NCBI RefSeq assembly: GCF_006345805.1
Contig: NC_043010.1
Location: forward strand, 52,390,001 to 52,454,000
Length of the DNA stretch: 64,000 bases
Direction: 5' to 3'
Source: Octopus sinensis
Taxonomy: Eukaryota
The translations under genes and the position numbers were made by a program. Position 1 is the first letter of the stretch; the number at the start of each line of letters is the position of its first letter. Of this stretch, positions 63,513 through 64,000 are shown piece by piece. Below the pieces are notes generated by a model. It was not told where the DNA came from. It did no database searches and saw only the letters and a program-made list of their open reading frames with translations.

Positions 63513-63711
63513 CCAATCGTAATCTATACACCTTCTGAAAGGAATTCGTAAAACATTTCATTAGAAAATATTCATTAAGTTATGAGGAAACAAATTCTTA
63601 GGGGTCCACATTTGTATAGGTATACCAAAGAATGTAACGAAACACCAGAAGTCATTTCGTTCGCTGTTTGACTGGTGTAGTGGAGCAACGAACTAAAACT
63701 CAGCCGATATA

Positions 63712-63938
63712 CCTGTTTCTTTATTACACACAAGGGGCTAAACATAGAGGGGACAAACAAGGACAGACATAGGTATTAAGTCGATTATATCGACCCCAGT
63801 GCGTAACTGGCACTTAATTTATCGACCCCGAAAGGATAAAAGGCAAAGTCGACTTCGGCGGAATTTGAACTCACAACGTAACGACAGACGAAATACGGCT
63901 ACGCATTTCGCCCGGCGTGCTAACGTTTCTGCCAGCTT
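63712..63938 (-). mobile_element. SINE family B
   Basis: Family consensus. Confidence 0.88.
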
Positions 63939-64000
63939 TCCACAGCACTCCACTGTTCCGTGTAGGTGAAAATAATACAATTTCTACTATCACACACTCG

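Overview
AT-rich, repeat-saturated eukaryotic (animal) DNA with no confidently identifiable protein-coding gene. The SINE families, microsatellite types and LINE/PLE relics strongly suggest an octopod cephalopod; this is inference and no database search was run. Contents: (1) four abundant tRNA-derived SINE families (my labels A, B, C, E), often nested, multimerised or with swapped 3' tails; (2) decayed LINEs recognisable by translation: two R4/Dong-type RT+restriction-like-endonuclease remnants, one CR1 3' end and RTE 3' ends; (3) Penelope-like element (PLE) RT and GIY-YIG fragments; (4) Tc1, hAT and Tigger-like MITEs, two Helitron copies and a piggyBac-like end; (5) very large (TA)/(TATG)/(AAT)/(GATA) microsatellite fields and two complex minisatellites; (6) a 100-N gap. 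Nearly all ORFs in the supplied track are microsatellite or repeat artefacts. The most notable signal is about a dozen minimal type-I hammerhead ribozyme (HHR) motifs, several arranged as divergent inverted pairs. One is a tRNA-headed (Pol III-type) HHR-bearing element inside a ~570 bp palindrome at 32.1-32.7 kb. Also of interest: a TAA-microsatellite-embedded non-autonomous element alongside its likely R4/Dong partner, a PLE RT fragment running in frame into a 22-bp minisatellite, a duplicated exon-like ORF (7.7 kb and 40.1 kb), and a candidate promoter/first exon at 21.5 kb.
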